Shown: positions 1-11,472 of the stretch, one piece after another
Layout: every line of letters begins with the position of its first letter
Numbering within the stretch: position 1 is the first letter of the stretch
From: Octopus sinensis
Lineage: Eukaryota
NCBI RefSeq assembly: GCF_006345805.1
Contig: NC_043011.1
Location: forward strand, 23,572,464-23,636,463
Direction of reading: 5' to 3'
DNA length: 64,000 bases
Notes under the pieces: generated by a model
What the model saw: the letters and a program-made list of their open reading frames with translations, nothing else
Database searches by the model: none
Told to the model about the DNA's origin: nothing
Translations under genes and position numbers: made by a program

Positions 1-758
1 AGCTTGATATTTGGGTTCCACATAAATTGAAAGAGATTCACTTAACACAAATCAATATTTGTGATATGCATCTCAAACACAATGAAATTGACCTTTTGTT
101 TTTGAAACGAATAATCACTTGTGATGAAAAATGGATTGTCTACGATAACATCAATCAAAACCGATCATAGGCCAAGCATAATGAACCAACACAAACCTCA
201 TCAAAAGCTAAATTGCATCAAAAAAAGATCATGATGTCAATTTTGTTGGATTACAAATGTGTTGTGTATTTTGAGCTGCTTCCAAGGAACCAAACAATTA
301 ATTCAGATGTTTACTGTCAACAACTAATGAAAGTGGAGGAAGCAATCAAAGAAAAATGGTCAGAATTGGCAAATCACGAAAGAATCGTGTTCCACCATGA
401 CAACGCTAGACCACACATATCTTTGCTAAGTCATGAAAACTTAATGGAGCTTCATTGGGAAGTGATGTCACATCCACCACATAGCCCTGAACTTGCACCA
501 TCAGATTACCATTTATTTCGAAGTTTGCAAAATTCTTTGAAGGGTAAAACTTTCAATAATGATGATGACCTGAAATCGCACTTGCTTCAGCTTTTGGCTG
601 ATAAGGACCAGAAGTTCTATGAGCACAGAATCATTAACTTGCCAGAAAGATGGCAAAAGGTCATCAAACAAAATGGGAAATATATAATTGGTTAAAGTTC
701 ATTCTTTGTATAAAGAAAATTGACTTTTATTTCACACTAAAAAACCAAAAAGCCCAAT
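1..758 (+). mobile_element. Decayed mariner transposon (D,D34D), 3' part, cut by the window edge
   Basis: Translates to WVPHKL, RIITCDEKWIVY, HHDNARPH and PPHSPELAPSDYHLF; I count 34 residues between the last two Asp. Frameshifts and a stop lie upstream of ORF 213-695. Eroded right end near 745-758. Confidence 0.93.
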
Positions 759-829
759 CGAATCAAGCGGTCTTCAAGTAAATTTAACAAAGACAAATAT
801 TTTAGTCAGCAAGAAAGACAAAACTCTTT

Positions 830-1600
830 AAGGAAATGTCCTTGCTCAATCCACAGCAAAGAAGCAGTTACACACTCCCTATATTACAGCCAATTTAAGC
901 TATGAACATACAAGAAATGTAGTGGAACTGCAAGTAGAGTAGCAGAGAAAGTAAACCCTGTATATGATAGATGCACTGGAATAGTTACATGCTGTGAATA
1001 CACCAGAAACAGACTCTCTTGAATGCCTGGATGATTCATTAGTAGTTGATAGATTTGGTTGGCTAGAAGATGTAATATTAGCAAGGGAGGAGGTTGCACT
1101 GAAAGTATAGTGGCCAGAGTAAGAACAGGTAGGAAAAAGTTCAGGGAGCTACTACCACAACAGAGTGAAGAGCAGATTGCATGATGCTTATGTTAGAACT
1201 GCAATGCTGTATCATAGTGAAACATGGGGCTTGAACACAGAAGACTTGAGAAGACTGGGAAGAAATGAAGCGAGCAGGCTCCCTTGGGTATGCAATGTAA
1301 GTGTGCACGAACTGCAGTATAAATGTGCTGAGAGAAAAATGGAGCATAGAAGAAATCAGATGTAGTGTGCAAGAAAGAACACTATGCTGGTATGGACATG
1401 TGATGTGTATGAATGAGGCAAGGACAGCTATTTAAAGAAATGTTGATCATTCAATGTGGTGGAGCTTGCAGAAGCAGGAGACCCAGGAAGACATAAGACA
1501 TAGAGGTGAAGGCTGACCTGAGGACACTGAACCTCACAAAAGAGAGAGCAAAGGACCAGGATGACTGGTGATACAAGGTTCTTGAGATCTACCCAACTTG
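830..1600 (+). mobile_element. RTE-clade LINE fragment (C-terminal ORF region, degenerate)
   Basis: Broken frames give KKFRELLP, RLHDAYVRTAMLYHSETWGLNTEDLRRL and LCWYGHVM, typical of the RTE C-terminus. Confidence 0.8.
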
Positions 1601-1619
1601 ATGAAACTGATTTCTGGAA

Positions 1620-2665
1620 ATACTGTATGTATGTATAAACCCATGCACAAATGGGCCCTTCACCCAATCTCCCTTTCCTCCACCTATCATTTCTCTCTTG
1701 AAGCAACTTTATTTTTATTGTTGCCCAGAACCATTTCACTTGTTAACCATTCTTCATCCATTAATATTGTGTCATCTCCACCCACACATTACATTACACT
1801 GATCACCCCCCACCCCACTGAAATGCCAAATAATCTCCTCATGCAATTATGCCAGCCTCTATGCCCCAGCTATTCATGTGGCCTAACCATCTGCATGTCA
1901 CGCCTCTCTCTCATCTCCATTCAACTATATCACCATTACTATTTTACTATCTGTTGCTGCTCTCCACCCCACCCCATTTTCTTTTGCATCCCTCTCACCT
2001 TCTACCTTCCCCAAGTTATGCATCATTCCTCATCCCCAATCCCTCTACCTCCCCCAGCTCATGCTTCTGTTGTCCCCACCTCTTCTCTACCATTTCCTAC
2101 ATCTACCCTTCAACCCCCCACCCAGTCTTTACAAGTGTTGTCTAATCTCCCTCCCTCTCCTTTTCCTCCAGCTCTTGCAAACTAACTCATTCATACTTCT
2201 AATTCCTGTCCCCAAAAACTTCTGCTCACCTCATACCTTGAGGGGCCACCTGGTCACCTCATCACATCTGTTCATCTCTTTGCAGCTCCATGTGATCATC
2301 CCCACCCACTCTTGTAAATGTGAGTAGTCATGTAGCTTCTCTGCAGCAAGAACCTACTCTGCCTGTTTCTCTCATACTTTAACCCTTCATTTCTTAGCAT
2401 AAAGCTGACCCACACCACCACCTCAGGGTTCATAGTCTTGCGAGCTGCATAGTGAGCTCGCTCACACTGGTGGGGTAGCATGAAAAGGTACCCAATATGC
2501 GATATAAAGTGGTTGGCATTAGGAAGAATAGCAAACCATAGAAACTATGTCGAAGCAGACACTGAAGCACAATGCAGTCCTTGAACACATCAGATCCTGT
2601 TTAACCATCAACTCATGCCAACATGGAACATGGCAACTATGTGGTGGTGGTGATGATGATGATAT
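1620..2665 (+). mobile_element. Retroposon-derived repeat ending in the shared RTE-type tail with (GAT)n
   Basis: Pyrimidine-rich body followed by the tail (ccatcaactcatgccaacatggaa...gatgatgatgat) seen at many other sites in the window. Confidence 0.5.
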
Positions 2666-2934
2666 TAGGTAATAACAAATGGGCAACATTATCACATAGT
2701 TAATATGCGATGTACTAATACAGAAAAATCACACACTCGTGTATCTAAGATGACAGTGCCATCATCATCATCATCATTTGATGTCGATTATGTCCACATT
2801 TGTGAAATTGAAGGCAGTGATAGGAAAGAAACTGAAATAAACAGCAAAATACTTTGTCAATTTAAGAATAAACTATAGGAACAAAGTATTAAAACCATTG
2901 TTTAAATCTTTTCAATCACCATTAAAATTATGCC

Positions 2935-3520
2935 ATCATTATCATCATTTAATGTCTGTCTTCCATGCTGGCATGGGTTGGATGGTCTGACAAGAGCTGG
3001 TAATCTTGAGGGCTGTACTAAACTCCACTGTCTTGGCATGGTTATTTTTTTTTACAGATGATACCCTTGCTAACACCAACAACTTTACAGAGTGGACTGG
3101 GTGGTTTTTATGTGTCATTAACACCATGACACCACCAAGTAACTTGCAAGACAAAGATCCTTCAACTAAGAATAGGAGTGGTATTAAGGGAGGTGGTTTT
3201 GTGTCAGCTGACGAGGGGTTTAGTGTATGACAGAGGGACAGAAACATGTGTCTTGCAGTAGAAGAGATACATGGTTACTCCAGTTGGAGGGAGAGAGCAA
3301 GCATAAGAGTGAGTGAGAGTGATGGTGGCATTGTGCCAAGATATACTCTCAAGGTACAAGGAGGTGAAAATAAATGGAATGGTAGAGAACTGGTGTGCAT
3401 GAGTAGAGAGTAGACAAACGTGGAAAGGGGGAGAGGGGAGAGAAAGATGAGGATGCAGTGAGTGATAAAAAAAAAAGGGGTATATGGTTGGGATGCCACC
3501 TTACCTAGGAAATAAATATT
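2935..3520 (-). mobile_element. Retroposon 3' end (RTE-type tail, reverse orientation)
   Basis: (CAT)n followed by ttaatgtctgtcttccatgctggcatgggttggatgg, the reverse complement of the tail at 16450-16507. Confidence 0.65.
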
Positions 3521-4755
3521 GACATGAGATTTGACAAATTATCAAATTTAGATATTTGTACACATGTGCTTGTAGAGTTGAATATTTTTAGTTGGATTTT
3601 ACTATCAACTACATCATTACTGTCAAAGTACTTATTTTTATAAATCAAGAGGTAATGTGATCACAAGATATATTCTAGCTCCCTGTTCTAATCCGACACT
3701 GTTTTATACATTAGGCAGAACTTCTTCATACCATCCTTTAATTAGTTTTGCACAAGCTTTCCCTAACATGAAATCAAATATACTTCTACATGATACTGCC
3801 TGATATTAACAAATTTCTATAGCAACAGCTTTTTCTCTCCTATAAAAGATCAATGTCCAATATTCAATTGTTTTGGGGGTTTTTTCTCCAACACACATTC
3901 CATCTTAAAAAATTATTCCAGCATATTCATCAGTTGATACTTAGATCAGAATCTCTACAATCAGATGGATAACCAATAATGGGTCACACACTTGGCCACA
4001 AACCCAAACTTGCTTTTTCCCTGTTCATGACAAAGGGATCTTATTGGCTCATTGCAATTATCTTTAAATAGGTACCAAATACAAATATAGATTCTAAGCT
4101 GTGAAAGAAGCATTCAAATTGTGAATTTGTTCTAACCAATTCTGTTGACACTGAATGAAAGATAGATCCAGAATGAATGAACAATCTACAATAACAACCA
4201 TGCTTATTCTTTTCACTCAACTCCATCCTTAATGGCTTGGTCTAGAGGAAGAAGCTATACGTTTGGCCTTAGTAGGCCCTCTGAAACAGACGGAGAGAAT
4301 GTGGTTGATGACTTTCTTGAATTACTACAATTCGATGACTGCAGAAAATAATAAACATGAGCAGGAAAGGAATACTAGAGAGATTACTTTCTGATGAGAA
4401 AGGATTGGACACAGTGGTTCATGTCGAGCCTAGGAAAGCAGACAATATAGGTGATGAGAGGAGGAGAGATGAATGAATTAGGTGGTATGAGACCAGCCAG
4501 TTCCAAGGAGCAAAGGCTACTGTGATATAGATAAAAAAGGCTGGGTGGAGAATACATCAATGGGCCAGAGGCTTGGATGCATTGATGAATTGATGAGTAG
4601 GAAAAAAAGCTGAGTGAGGAGACAATACATATAACACATGCACCATCCAAGCATCTTTCATAATGATAAATAGATTTGAATACAGTAATAAGCAAAACGA
4701 GCTGTCAACTCAAAATGATATATTAGTATACTGCAAGGTGACAAATCTCACTCAC

Positions 4756-4888
4756 CCCTTCAATAATTATTGCTTTCATTGTATGTTCCAATTTTTTCTT
4801 CAAGCGATAACTTTGCAAAATATCAATTAAGCCAAGATATAATAATAATCTTTCTCCTTTACTATTTCGTGCAGGAATGCCTCCAAGT
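4756..4888 (-). CDS. PIP5K1: PIP5K exon with catalytic DIL and activation loop ([45 protein letters not shown]), phase 2-0
   Basis: 133 nt, acceptor ATTGCAG, donor GGG|[27 protein letters not shown] and KKLEH motifs; the Glu in KKLEH is the type I (PI4P-using) signature. Confidence 0.97.
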
Positions 4889-4960
4889 CTGCAATGCAAT
4901 ATGATACAATATTTCAAGATCTGTGCAATAATAATACATTTGATAAAAAAAACTCCTTAG

Positions 4961-4962
<2 letters not shown>

Positions 4963-5024
<62 letters not shown>
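4963..5024. repeat. (TA)n microsatellite
   Basis: Uninterrupted TA run about 70 nt upstream of the 4888 exon acceptor. Confidence 0.95.
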
Positions 5025-5026
<2 letters not shown>

Positions 5027-5364
5027 AAACACAAATATACTTCAAATTAAACATTCTTATTTTAACATGTGCTGATGTACAATGAATGAGATCAAAAAAG
5101 AAAAAAGAAAATCTCTAATTTAAGTAACTTCTTATTAGTCATACATGAAACTCTACCACTATTTCATTTAATGCCTATTTCCCTGAATTTCGAAGATATC
5201 CAATGTTTCTAAATAAAAACAAAGTTCAATAATCCTCTTCATGCCAGACTATATGAGTTAAAATTATTATACCAAAGTTTAAGTGAAGAAAAATTATATC
5301 AATAATGTACTAAAATACAATCACTAAACGATGTTAATCTCTCAAACCAAGAAAAAAAGTAACA

Positions 5365-5730
5365 AGATCATCATTATCATAGTTTTAACATCCACTTTTT
5401 CATGTTTGCATGGGTCAGAGAGAGTTTGTTGAGGCAAATGGTTTATGACAGGATGTCCTTCCTGTCACCAACCCTCACCTGTTTCCAAGCTAGGTAATAT
5501 TTTTCCATGGCCAAACATATTTATACAGAATAGTGGAAATGAATGACCCTGCCTGTATGACAGTGATTGAAGTTCCCTTAACTCATATGATTTCAAGACA
5601 AGGAGGCACAAAGATACACACATATATACACGACAGACTTCTTTCAATATATCAACCAAGTCAACTGAAGGTTTTGGTCGGTCTGATGATATAAAAGAAG
5701 ACACTTGCTCAATCACACAGCCACATCTGC
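5365..5730 (-). mobile_element. SINE family E (family B head joined to an RTE-type tail)
   Basis: B-type head plus microsatellite linker, then a different body ending ggatgttaaaactatgataatgatg. Relatives at about 26310-26640 (-), 29215-29600 (+) and 7440-7690 (+, tail only). Confidence 0.7.
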
Positions 5731-5860
5731 ACCCATATTAATAATGTACTAATTATATTAATATCATATTGACCATGTACTAATTACAATCACTAAATGA
5801 TATTAATCTCTTCAATCAAGAAGAATGATTAGATATTAATATAATTTCTAGAAATAGTTG

Positions 5861-6595
5861 CAGGTATGACTGTGTGGTAAGAAGTTTGCTTCCCAACTAC
5901 ATAGTTCCAGGTTCAGTCCCACTGCATGGCACATTGGGCAACTGTCTACTCTAGCATTCAGCCAACTAAAGCCTTGTGAGTGGATCTGGTAGATGGAAAC
6001 TGAAAGAAGGCTGGCATATATATATATATACATACATACATGACTAGGACTCCGCCGGTTACGACGAGGAGGGTCCCAGTTGATCCAATCAACGAAACAG
6101 CCTGCTCGTGAAATTAACGTGCAAGTGGCTGAGCACTCCACAGACACGTGTACTCTTAACGTAGTTCTCGGGGAGATTCAGCGTGACACAGAGTGTGACA
6201 AGGCTGGCTCCTTTGAAATACAGGTACAACAGAAACAGGAAGAAAGAGTGTGAGAAAGTTGTGGTGAAAGAGTTCAGCAGGGTTCACCACCACCTCCTAC
6301 TGGAGCCTCGTGTTTTCGCTAAATAAACACAACGCCCAGTCTGGGAATCGAAACCGCAATCCTAAGACCACGAGTCTGCTGCCCTAACCACTGGGCCATT
6401 GCACTTCCACTACATACATATATATAAACATGTATTTGTGTTAGTCTCCGACTACCACTAGACAACTGGTATTCGTGCACTTAAGTCGCTGTAACTAACA
6501 AAAAGAAAAGTACTGGAGTTGATTTGTTCATCTAAAATTCTCCAAGGCAGTGCTCCAACATGGCCGTAGTCTAATGACCGAGGCAAATAAAAAAT
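5861..6595 (+). mobile_element. SINE family B (split by the family A insertion)
   Basis: Head gtgtggtaagaagtttgcttcccaac..ggttcagtcccactgc..ttgggcaa, internal (TA)n, tail gtgctccaacatggccgtagtc. Confidence 0.75.
6043..6410 (-). mobile_element. tRNA-derived SINE family A, nested in the microsatellite of a family B SINE
   Basis: Reverse complement of the 24614 copy along nearly its whole length; tacatacata on both sides is a possible TSD. Confidence 0.88.
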
Positions 6596-7021
6596 ACGAT
6601 ATCATTCCTAAATCTATAATGAAGGTGTTACAACTGTATTAATGAGGTAACTGATGTCTTCTCAGTATTATTAATAGGATAAGAAATTCAGAAATCTACA
6701 GTATTATATATTGCCAAAGATGGATGAGAAAATCTTTCAACTGCAACAGGAAAATGAACATTGACATAAAGCTATATTGTACTTGCATCTCCGTATGACA
6801 TGGCTGTGTGGTCAAGAAGTTGCTTCCCACTGCATTGCACGTTGGGCAAGCATCTGATACTGTAGCCACAAGCTGACCAAAGCCTTGTGAATAGATTTGA
6901 GAGAGAAACTGAAAGAAGCCCATCTTATACATATATATGAATATATATATGTATGGCAGTGCCCCAGCATGGCCACAGCTCGTGAGCTGAAACAAGATAA
7001 AATAAAATAAAATAAAAACAT

Positions 7022-7369
7022 AAGAAGGCACATGGCTCAGTGGTTAGAGTGTCAGGCTCGCAATTATGAGGTAGTGAGTTTGATTCCCAGAACGGGCTGT
7101 GTGTTGTGTTCTTGAGCAAGGCACTTTATTTCACATTGCTCCAGTTCACTCAGCTGTAGAAATAAGTTGCAACATCACTGGTGCCAAGCTGTATCAGCTG
7201 TTGCCTTTCACTTGGATAACATCGGTGGCATGGAGAGGGGCAGGTTAGTATGCATGGGCAACTGCTGCTCTTCCATAAACAACCTTGCCCAGACTTCTGC
7301 CTCAGAGGGTAACTTTCTAGGTGCAATCCCATGGTCATTCATGACTGAAGGAGGTCTTTACTCTTTACC

Positions 7370-7370
<1 letters not shown>
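7022..7370 (+). mobile_element. tRNA-derived SINE family C
   Basis: A box TGGCTCAGTGG, B-box-like GAGTTTGATTCC, body cagttcactcagctgtagaaat...gtgcaatcccatggtcattcatgactgaagg. Confidence 0.82.

Positions 7371-7441
<71 letters not shown>
7371..7441. repeat. (TG)n microsatellite
   Basis: About 35 uninterrupted TG units. Confidence 0.95.
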
Positions 7442-7443
<2 letters not shown>

Positions 7444-7956
7444 CCATGTCCTTGTTTGGACATCACTGTCATAAAGCAATATGGTTCATTGTTCTTGTTC
7501 CATGAAAAATATGTTTGGCTATGGGGAAACACTACTTTGTTTGGAAACAGGTGAATGAAGGCAACAGAAAGAGCATTTGGTCATAAAAATGTGCCTCAAC
7601 AAATTCTGTCCGGCCCTTGCAAGCATGGGAAAGTGGATGTTAGATGATGATGATGGAGACGACAATGAGGATGACTGATGATGATGATGATGACAATGAC
7701 AGTATTTCCACTTGTGATTATTATTTTAAAAGGTTGAATAGTAAATAAGTACCACAAGAAACCACTGTCCGAGACACAGGTAGGCACTTAGTTTTAAGAT
7801 ATCCAATCCACTCAGGAAAGGAATTAAGATAATGAAATTCCCCCACAAATATAAGATGAAACTATAAATTTTAGTAGAAATTTCATTGAGTACCAATTAT
7901 GGAATAAATGGAAAGAGTACTCGTCTGCATTTAGATACCACACTAACCTTTCTCTT

Positions 7957-7988
<32 letters not shown>

Positions 7989-8150
7989 GTATGCATGTAA
8001 AGCAAATTTAGCAATCTAAGAACATAACTCTCTTAATAGAATAAAATACATGATATACTGGTCCCCTTCAACAGACCTTATACATCTTCCTGTGCAAAAA
8101 TGTCTTTAAAAAAGAAAGTGTTAAATTAAAGACAACAAAATATGACTTAC

Positions 8151-8265
8151 TGAACATCGTCTTCTGTTTCCCCTTGCCGATCTGAGGTATCTGCTTGAAT
8201 TGCTTCCATTGCAGTGGAATATTGTGCTAAACGCGTGCGTATAGACTTTCCGCGGGCAAGGTTTA
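8151..8265 (-). CDS. PIP5K1: PIP5K exon (V-NLARGKSIRTRLAQYSTAMEAIQADTSDRQGETEDDV), phase 1-2
   Basis: 115 nt, acceptor TATTTACAG, donor CA|GTAAGT. YSTAMEAIQ matches the conserved YSTAMESIQ motif. Confidence 0.93.
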
Positions 8266-10118
8266 CTGTAAATAACAGATCAACAGTGGAAAATTACAAC
8301 AAAGCACTTTACAAATTGAAGATACGAAATGAGAGTTGCGTTATAGTTGGTAGAAAAATCTGCCAGTATTGTCTGTTGAAATGACTCTTAGATAAAAAAA
8401 TCTTTTGTATGCTCATCAAATGGAAAATGAAATCAAAGACAGGGGAGTTCAGAAGGGAGATTTTTACCATATGAACATGCTTTTGAACACAAATACCTCC
8501 CCATTTCCAGTAGGTTGTTCCAAAATTTAAGCAATACAACAAAATTATGTAATATCAGAGGGTTGTATTGCAAACCACAACTTTGTAAATAGTATTCACT
8601 TCAGATGTTGCTGTGTTTCAATATTTCTCACAACATTTTGGGGAATTTTTATTGTTTTGGTCATGAAAAAAAAAAAAGTTTCAAAGCACCAATAAACTAC
8701 TTTTTCAGAACACTATTTCAAAAGTACTTTGAATATTTTTCAGTGGGAAATTAGTTTTAAAATGCTGGAAATTTAAGAGGTTTCAACTGAGAAATAAATA
8801 GACATGTACAGATAAACAAGAAAGGAAACAAGAAACATCCAAACCTCTCCAAAAATGGATTTGATGGCATGAATATTACAATAAAAGAGTATAATAGATT
8901 TAAATATGTTTGGGAAGTTTTAAAATGTGTTTAAAGCATATGTGGGAAGAAGGTAAAAAAAGGTGAGAGAAAGATAGATAGAATTAAATTCTAAACTCTT
9001 CAAAATAATGTTCATGCATTGTTAAACAGCCTATTTCCAGCTATTAGTGGAATATCAGCTTGAGATTATCCCCCATGCAATGTTGAGTTTGAGAATCAAA
9101 GGGGGATATGTCAGACAAACTGTTGTACAGTAATTAATAACTTTAGTAAGATCTATTCAGCCAAGCTAAAACAGACTTTCACACTATATTAGTCTTGTCA
9201 TTGAAGATATTGGCATGAAAAATGATCACCAGGGAATTATTTACTGAGCCACAAGCAGAAAATGTTAATGACTACAAAAACCAACAGGAATAATCCAGTT
9301 GAGTATAGAATAGTGATTAGTATTTCTGAAGATATAGTAGTTATTGAGCCTAGAGAAAGATACTATTTGGTTATACAATAACCATTCTACAGTGATCACT
9401 TAACCAGAATGGTGATCCCACAAGGCTGAAATACAAGTCATCTAACTTGCAACATCTCCAGCAATTAGTGGCATATTCTTCAAAGTACTCAGCAGTGAAC
9501 AGTTGTTTAAGTTAATTAATGTTGGTTAAATTAATGTGGGTTAGTTAGAGAAGGTGCAATGTTAAACCTGCAGTAAAATGGTTATTAAAAGTGCAGGCGC
9601 ATACCATTCAATTGTGGCCTAATGGTTATTATATCTGTCAGATATATTATAATCAATCAAGGATAGCAATGAATAAATTTGAAGTAAAAAAAATGGAAGA
9701 AGAAAAAAAAAAAAGCATGACTACTTGCCATCAGGCGATGAGATGTAAGCAGAAAGGAATGACCTTCAGAAATGGATTGCAGCATTGGAAATAGTTGGAT
9801 GTGAAGGAAAGCTTAAAAGGTTGATAGCAATGAGAATAGACTCCAAGAGCAAGGGAATGGTAAAAAGAGAACTTGGCGGAAACAGTCACAGAACAGAACA
9901 AAAGCCATAAATAAATTTCATACAAGCAGCCATTATAGCAGAGCTGTCCAAGAGAAATGCTCTTCACTGGGTTAGTGCAGAAGGCGTCAAAAGTGCAGGT
10001 GAGAAGTGGAAACTCACAATTGAAGATGGCAAAAAAACCATGCTTGCTTTAGGTAGAGGCAATACTGTCACAACAGACAATATAGCTGACAGTGAAGATA
10101 CAAAAAAGATGTTTTCAC

Positions 10119-10196
10119 CTGACTGACTAGTTTTTGATGACATCAACAGACCATTGTCCTTTGGTGGACTGCGTTCGCGGTCATCTGTGGCAGGCG
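10119..10196 (-). CDS. PIP5K1: PIP5K kinase-insert exon (A-PATDDRERSPPKDNGLLMSSKTSQS), symmetric phase 1-1
   Basis: 78 nt, pyrimidine tract with CTGAT branch-like site, acceptor CATCAG, donor CAG|GTGAAA, CpG-rich open frame. There is no conserved motif, so support is splice signals and phase only. Confidence 0.65.
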
Positions 10197-10819
10197 CTGA
10201 TGATGAACAGCAAGGCAAACATAAGAACACGAAGCAGATCAGCTTTTTCTTTTTTTTTTTTTTCTTTTATTTTATCTCCAGCTTTGTCTAACATAAATGA
10301 AGCTTGGCAGACAATGTTTGAGGCAAAAAATACCATTTATATTTAACCACCAGACTCATAGAAGAAAAATAATTTTGTAAATACATGTCATTTACACTTT
10401 TGAAATGATAGAAAATATTTATTTTATATCAGAAGTGAATGGACATCACATTTATTTTATATTAGGAGTGAATGGACATCACAAAGTAAAACTGGAAACT
10501 TTATGTATTATTTTTATAATCATACCTTTTGATTTTTAAGTTGTTTTACCTGTATATATTGTTTTGTTATTTATCTAAGTTGTTTTTACCTGTATATGAT
10601 TGTAGTTCGGGAAGTGATATTAGAATGAACATTAAATAACATGGTTTTATAACCTGTATAATAATCTGCAAAATGCATTTTAATGAGGATCTTCATAAAA
10701 CATAAACTGACCATAACAGTATAATCAATTAATATGCATAATAAATAAGTTTACACATTTATATTTTATTATAATTAGTTTGACTTGTTATCTATTTTTA
10801 TTCCTTATATATACATACA

Positions 10820-10823
10820 CACT

Positions 10824-10896
<73 letters not shown>

Positions 10897-10905
10897 ATAT
10901 ATATC
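10820..10905. repeat. Compound (CA)n(TA)n microsatellite
   Basis: Directly visible. Confidence 0.9.
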
Positions 10906-11114
10906 ATTATTATTACCTATATCTATAACAACAGAAAATTTGTATTTATATGTATACGTTTTTTTTTTATTCTAATTTTATGTGTACATTTATGTATCTT
11001 CATAACAATGGTTATTTGTTTAACATTGGTTAGTTTTGATTACATCTTCAATTTTACTACAGAGTGAAGGTTGATTAGTGCACAGTAAAAATGTGAAAAC
11101 CATGATAAGCAGAT

Positions 11115-11472
11115 TTATTACCTCCACCATAGCGAAAGCGGAGGTATTGTTTTCAATCATTTTTGCTTGTTTGTCCATGGACAAGATATAGCAAGAACCC
11201 GCTGGATGGATACGGATGAAACTTTCAGAGATGTTTGGCCTCGTAACTGATATGAACTGATTAGATTTTGAGATCAATCCGGTACCAGACAAGGATTCTG
11301 GATTGTTTTTTTACTTAAATTTTGAGAGCGGATGGGTTCAGTTTTAGTATTCTCATTTGTGAGAGCAGTCGAGTTTATTTCAGATATTCTCATTTTAAAA
11401 ATCATCTCCAGCTAATCGTTGAGAGGATGTTGGTGTTGCCTTGGCAGAGGTTTTCACTCTCTGAGTGCTCTT
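11115..11472 (+). mobile_element. Non-autonomous element with Helentron/HINE (DINE-1-like) architecture
   Basis: 5' hairpin TACCTCC...GGAGGTA (11119-11146), 3' subterminal inverted copy CTTGGCAGAGG (11440-11450) and terminal hairpin CACTC-TCT-GAGTG (11455-11467). Confidence 0.6.

Noticed and set aside
1598-2327. 195-aa and neighbouring ORFs
   Set aside because: Pro/Ser/Leu-rich translation of a pyrimidine-rich repeat body; no domain motif or splice support.
1-4755. Next PIP5K1 exon (DTVSVHRP...F)
   Set aside because: Searched by eye on the minus strand and not found; the interval is mostly transposon remnants, so the exon is presumed to lie left of the window.
7167-7554. ORFs with VCVCVC or IYIYIY runs here and elsewhere (4894, 10780, 38504, 45309)
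   Set aside because: Microsatellite translations.
11020-11292. 90-aa minus-strand ORF with protein-like composition
   Set aside because: It overlaps the HINE-like element, and I found no compatible splice sites to PIP5K1.
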